Below, in pieces: positions 60,601 through 64,000 of a DNA stretch of 64,000 nt; the first letter of the stretch is position 1, and every line of letters begins with the position of its first letter. The position numbers and the translations under genes were made by a program. This stretch comes from Octopus sinensis. Lineage: Eukaryota. The stretch is taken from NCBI RefSeq assembly GCF_006345805.1, contig NC_043011.1, forward strand, positions 57,114,464 to 57,178,463. The letters run 5' to 3'. A model generated the notes under the pieces. The model ran no database searches, was not told the DNA's origin, and saw only the letters and a program-made list of their open reading frames with translations.

Positions 60601-62244
60601 GAAGCAGACCTCTTAACCACACAGCTGTACATCCATACCTATTAAATACAGAGATAGAGTGATTATGGTTTTTTTTTCCTCTTCCCAAGTAAATCTCTGC
60701 TGACTATTTCTAGATAAATATATTTACTCAGCTCACAAGATGTGGTTTATTTCTTTTTCTTTTTCCTTATTTTTTTTTAATCCACTTCTAAATACATAAG
60801 TACTTTGAGGATTTTAGAGCAACCGAGTAGCAGCTATTGAAGGTTTTCTTGCAATACAGACTTACTATTAACTGTTAGCGAGTAATACTAATGTCTTGTA
60901 TTGATGCACACACACAAACATACATACATATGTACGTACACAGATATGTACATAGTTAAAATTTACAGAAAACAAAGGACAAAGATTGGTGAGGAAACAA
61001 CTAAGTTTATTAGTTTGATGCTTGGGAAGAATGGTAAAGTCTTTGACAGTTTTGAACCTATGCTCTTTGACGGAAGGAATGAGAGGAAAAAATGTGTTTA
61101 ATGGTTTAACATGATGAAATGACCAGAGATTTGGAATCCGAGCAGTTACCTTATTAGCACCTTAATCCAATCCAGATTCTGACTGACCATATCAAATGAT
61201 GGGTAACTTAAAGAATTGTTTATGATAAACAATTACATGGTAATTGATAGGTAAACCTTGAGTTCATTGGGCTTTATACATCATACGGAATTCATAATCA
61301 AACAATCATTAAGGAGAATGGAGATTTATACACCTTCAAAACTTGTTTATCACAGCATTATTCTTATTAACCCTTCAGCATTTAAACTGACCATATCGGA
61401 CCAAAACATTCGACCCACTAGAATAAGTACTAGGCTTACAATGAATAAGTGGTGGGGTTGATCTGTTCGACTAAAGGCGCTGCTCCGGCATGGCCACAGT
61501 CAAATGACTGAAACAAGTAAAAGAATATATATATATATCTCCATTTGTATGTATGTGCACACACACACACACACATGCAATGAACTTACAAGCTTCTTTT
61601 AGTTCCCAGTTATGAGATCCCGTCGCAAGGCTTTGGTTGGCCTAGGGCTATAATAGAAGACACTTTCCCAAGTTGCTACACAATGCAATTGAACCCAAGA
61701 CCTCAAGGTTGGGAAGCAAGCTTTTTAATGACATGACCTCACTAGCACCTATGGCATGAAATTAAATACCCTAATGTATTTAGGCTTGTATGATACCATG
61801 TTTTGCCAGTCCACTTTATAATAATAATAATAATAATGATGCCTTACTGGCACTTGAGCCCCGTGCTAGTAGGGTATTAAGAGCACCATCCGAGCGTGAT
61901 CGTTGCCAGAGCAGCTATCTGGCCTCCGTGCCGGTGGCATATAAAAGACACCATTCGAGTGTGATCATTACCATCATCGCCTTACTGGCACCTGTGCCGG
62001 TGGCATCTGTGAAAGATTTGAGCAAAGTCATTGCCAGTACCGCCTGACTGGCCCCATGCTGGTGGCACGTAAAAGCACCCATTATGCTCTTGGAGTGGTT
62101 GGCGTTATGAAGGGCATCCAGCTGTAGAAACACTGCCAGATCAAGATTGAAGCCTGGTGCAGCCATCTGGTTCGCCAGTCCTCAGTCAAACCGTCCAACC
62201 CATGCTAGCATGGAAAGCGGATGTTAAACGACGATGATGATGAT

Positions 62245-62505
62245 GGTGATATAGCATGCAAGAGAGAAGACTTTGGTGCTGTCATGTATGTGATGCATGT
62301 GGAGGCTGGCGTTTGGATAAAGAAGAGCCAAATGATTGAAGCAGAGGAGCCTGTGGAAATAAGGAAGACATCAGAACAATCGATGAAAGCCGATCTTAGG
62401 ATTCTGGACTTTGTGAAACGGAAGAGAAGGAAGTGCAGCAAATGGCAAGATTTACTGTTGAAGAAGATTTGCCTAATCCATGCAAGCATGGGAAAGTTGG
62501 CGTAA
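62245..62505 (+). mobile_element. RTE LINE 3' remnant directly after a family A tail
   Basis: IACKREDFGAVMYVMHVEAGVWIKKSQMIEAEE..MKADLRILDF..KWQDLLLKKICLIHASMGK plus an (atg)n tail. Confidence 0.7.
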
Positions 62506-63469
62506 AATGTTGATGACGATGATGATGATGATGTTGATCATTATCATCAACTCAGAATATAACTAAATAGATTTTATTGTTTCTGCCAAGCTGTCTTTAT
62601 AACATATGTGCATGCATAGCTGTGAGGAAAAGAAGTCTTCTGCCCTACCTCATGGTTTTCGGTTCAGTCCCAGTGTGTGGTGCATTGGGCGGGTGCTTTC
62701 TGCTATAGCCCCTGGCCAACCAAATCTACCTTTGTGAATGGATTTGGTTGATGGAAACTGAAAAGAAGCCTGTCATATATGCATGTATATGTACTTTGCT
62801 TAGGCATAGTGATGCAAATAATCTGCTGTTAAAATTTTAAAAGGTTCTGAGAGAGCTATAAAGGTGATGCTCAGTTCTTAGTAGATTGCATCTCCTAGCT
62901 GAAACGACTCTAAGCCAATGAAATTGTTTATACAATGCCTGTTCCCTTCTCAGTCCTTTCGTTTCATGTGTATCCTCGTCTTAGCATCATAAAATTGTTG
63001 TACATTAATGTCATTCATTCCCAATATTCTATGAAAACATGTCACATGGGGAAATACGACCTTGCTTGGAAATGAGTAAAAGTTGGCAATGAGAAGGGCA
63101 TCTGGCCAGAGAAAATCTGCCTCAATAAATTCCCTCCGACCCCTTGCAAGCATGGAGAAGTGTTTCTTAAGATGATGATGATGATGATATGCCTGTGCTA
63201 TGTAAAAAAACACCCTAATTCTGTACGTGGTGAAGCAATTAACTGACCCCTGATTATAATTATAGAATATTTTATTTATATATATATATTATATTATCAT
63301 CATCATTACATAACATCTGTTGTCCATGCTGGCATGGGTTGGGTAGTTTGATCAAGGCTGGAAGGCTGGACCAGACTTCAGTCTGATTTGGCTGGGTTTC
63401 TACTGCTGGATGCCCTCCCTAACACCAACCACTCGAAGAGTGTAGTGGGTGCTATTTGCATGACACCGC

Positions 63470-63670
63470 TGTTTGCCATGACTGCGATTATGCTCAGCTT
63501 GATGGGTCTTCTCAAGCAGGACATAATGTCAAAGGTCTCAGTCATTGCCTCTGTGAGGCCCGACACTTCAAAGGAATTCAGCCACTTTGCCTCCATGAGG
63601 TCCAACGCCTGAAAGGAACTTGCCTCCGTGGGCCCAGTGCTCAAAAGGAATTCAGCCACTTTGCCTGTGT
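63470..63670 (-). mobile_element. RTE ORF-end fragment with a local 24-bp duplication
   Basis: GLTEAMT matches the C-terminus at ~950; caaaggaattcagccactttgcct occurs twice (~63568 and ~63644). Confidence 0.65.
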
Positions 63671-63752
63671 GTCTGTGCATGCGTTTATATATATACATAT
63701 ATATATAATGTAAAATATGTGAAATTTAGTAATACTCTTTCTTTCATTTCAG

Positions 63753-63801
63753 GTTTAACAAATAAAGAAGTTAATCTCCTTGAAATAGTGCAATGTCTTG
63801 G
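63753..63801 (+). CDS. MMS19: MMS19 coding exon 2 (49 nt)
   Basis: Strong acceptor (ctctttctttcatttcag) and donor (GG|gtaagt). Encodes (G)LTNKEVNLLEIVQCL(G), against human DVKSGNYTVLQVVEALG. Length and phase (1 to 2) fit the vertebrate exon 2 as I recall it. Confidence 0.9.
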
Positions 63802-64000
63802 GTAAGTGTTGTGATTTTGATTAACCCTTAGTCTACCAGAGAAAATGTATGTCGCTAATTACTAACTGGGTCCAATGGATCCAATATTTTTCTTTTAATT
63901 AAATTTTATTCAAACTACCACTATTTCTTAGCTACATTATTATATATGCTGTCAGGTGAATGAAGAATTACTGTTTCTCACAAATTTTAATTAAAAAAAA

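Larger units (their letters stand above)
43487..63752 (+). other. MMS19: MMS19 intron 1 (20,266 bp)
   Basis: GT...AG between the two exons above; no other MMS19-like coding segment seen in between. Confidence 0.82.

Overview
AT-rich, repeat-dense animal genomic DNA. The SINE/RTE repertoire and microsatellite load point to an octopus or related coleoid cephalopod (inference). Only three coding exons are well supported. UBTD1/2 exon 1 lies on the minus strand (42652-42718, MGGCIGAHRDNGPPSGESSDVT). MMS19 exon 1 (43402-43486) and exon 2 (63753-63801) lie on the plus strand. The two genes are head-to-head, with 683 bp between their start codons, the same divergent arrangement as human MMS19-UBTD1. 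Everything left of 42652 is UBTD intron 1 (>42.6 kb; exon 2 not found). Positions 43487-63752 are MMS19 intron 1 (20,266 bp). Both introns are packed with several modular SINE families, RTE LINE remnants, a full-length decayed mariner, a deleted DD37D maT element, pogo/Tc1 MITEs, a Penelope-like terminus with a minimal hammerhead-like motif, and long microsatellites. Nearly all entries in the ORF track are repeat artefacts. Repeat boundaries are approximate and were read by eye. The family labels A-F are my own working names.
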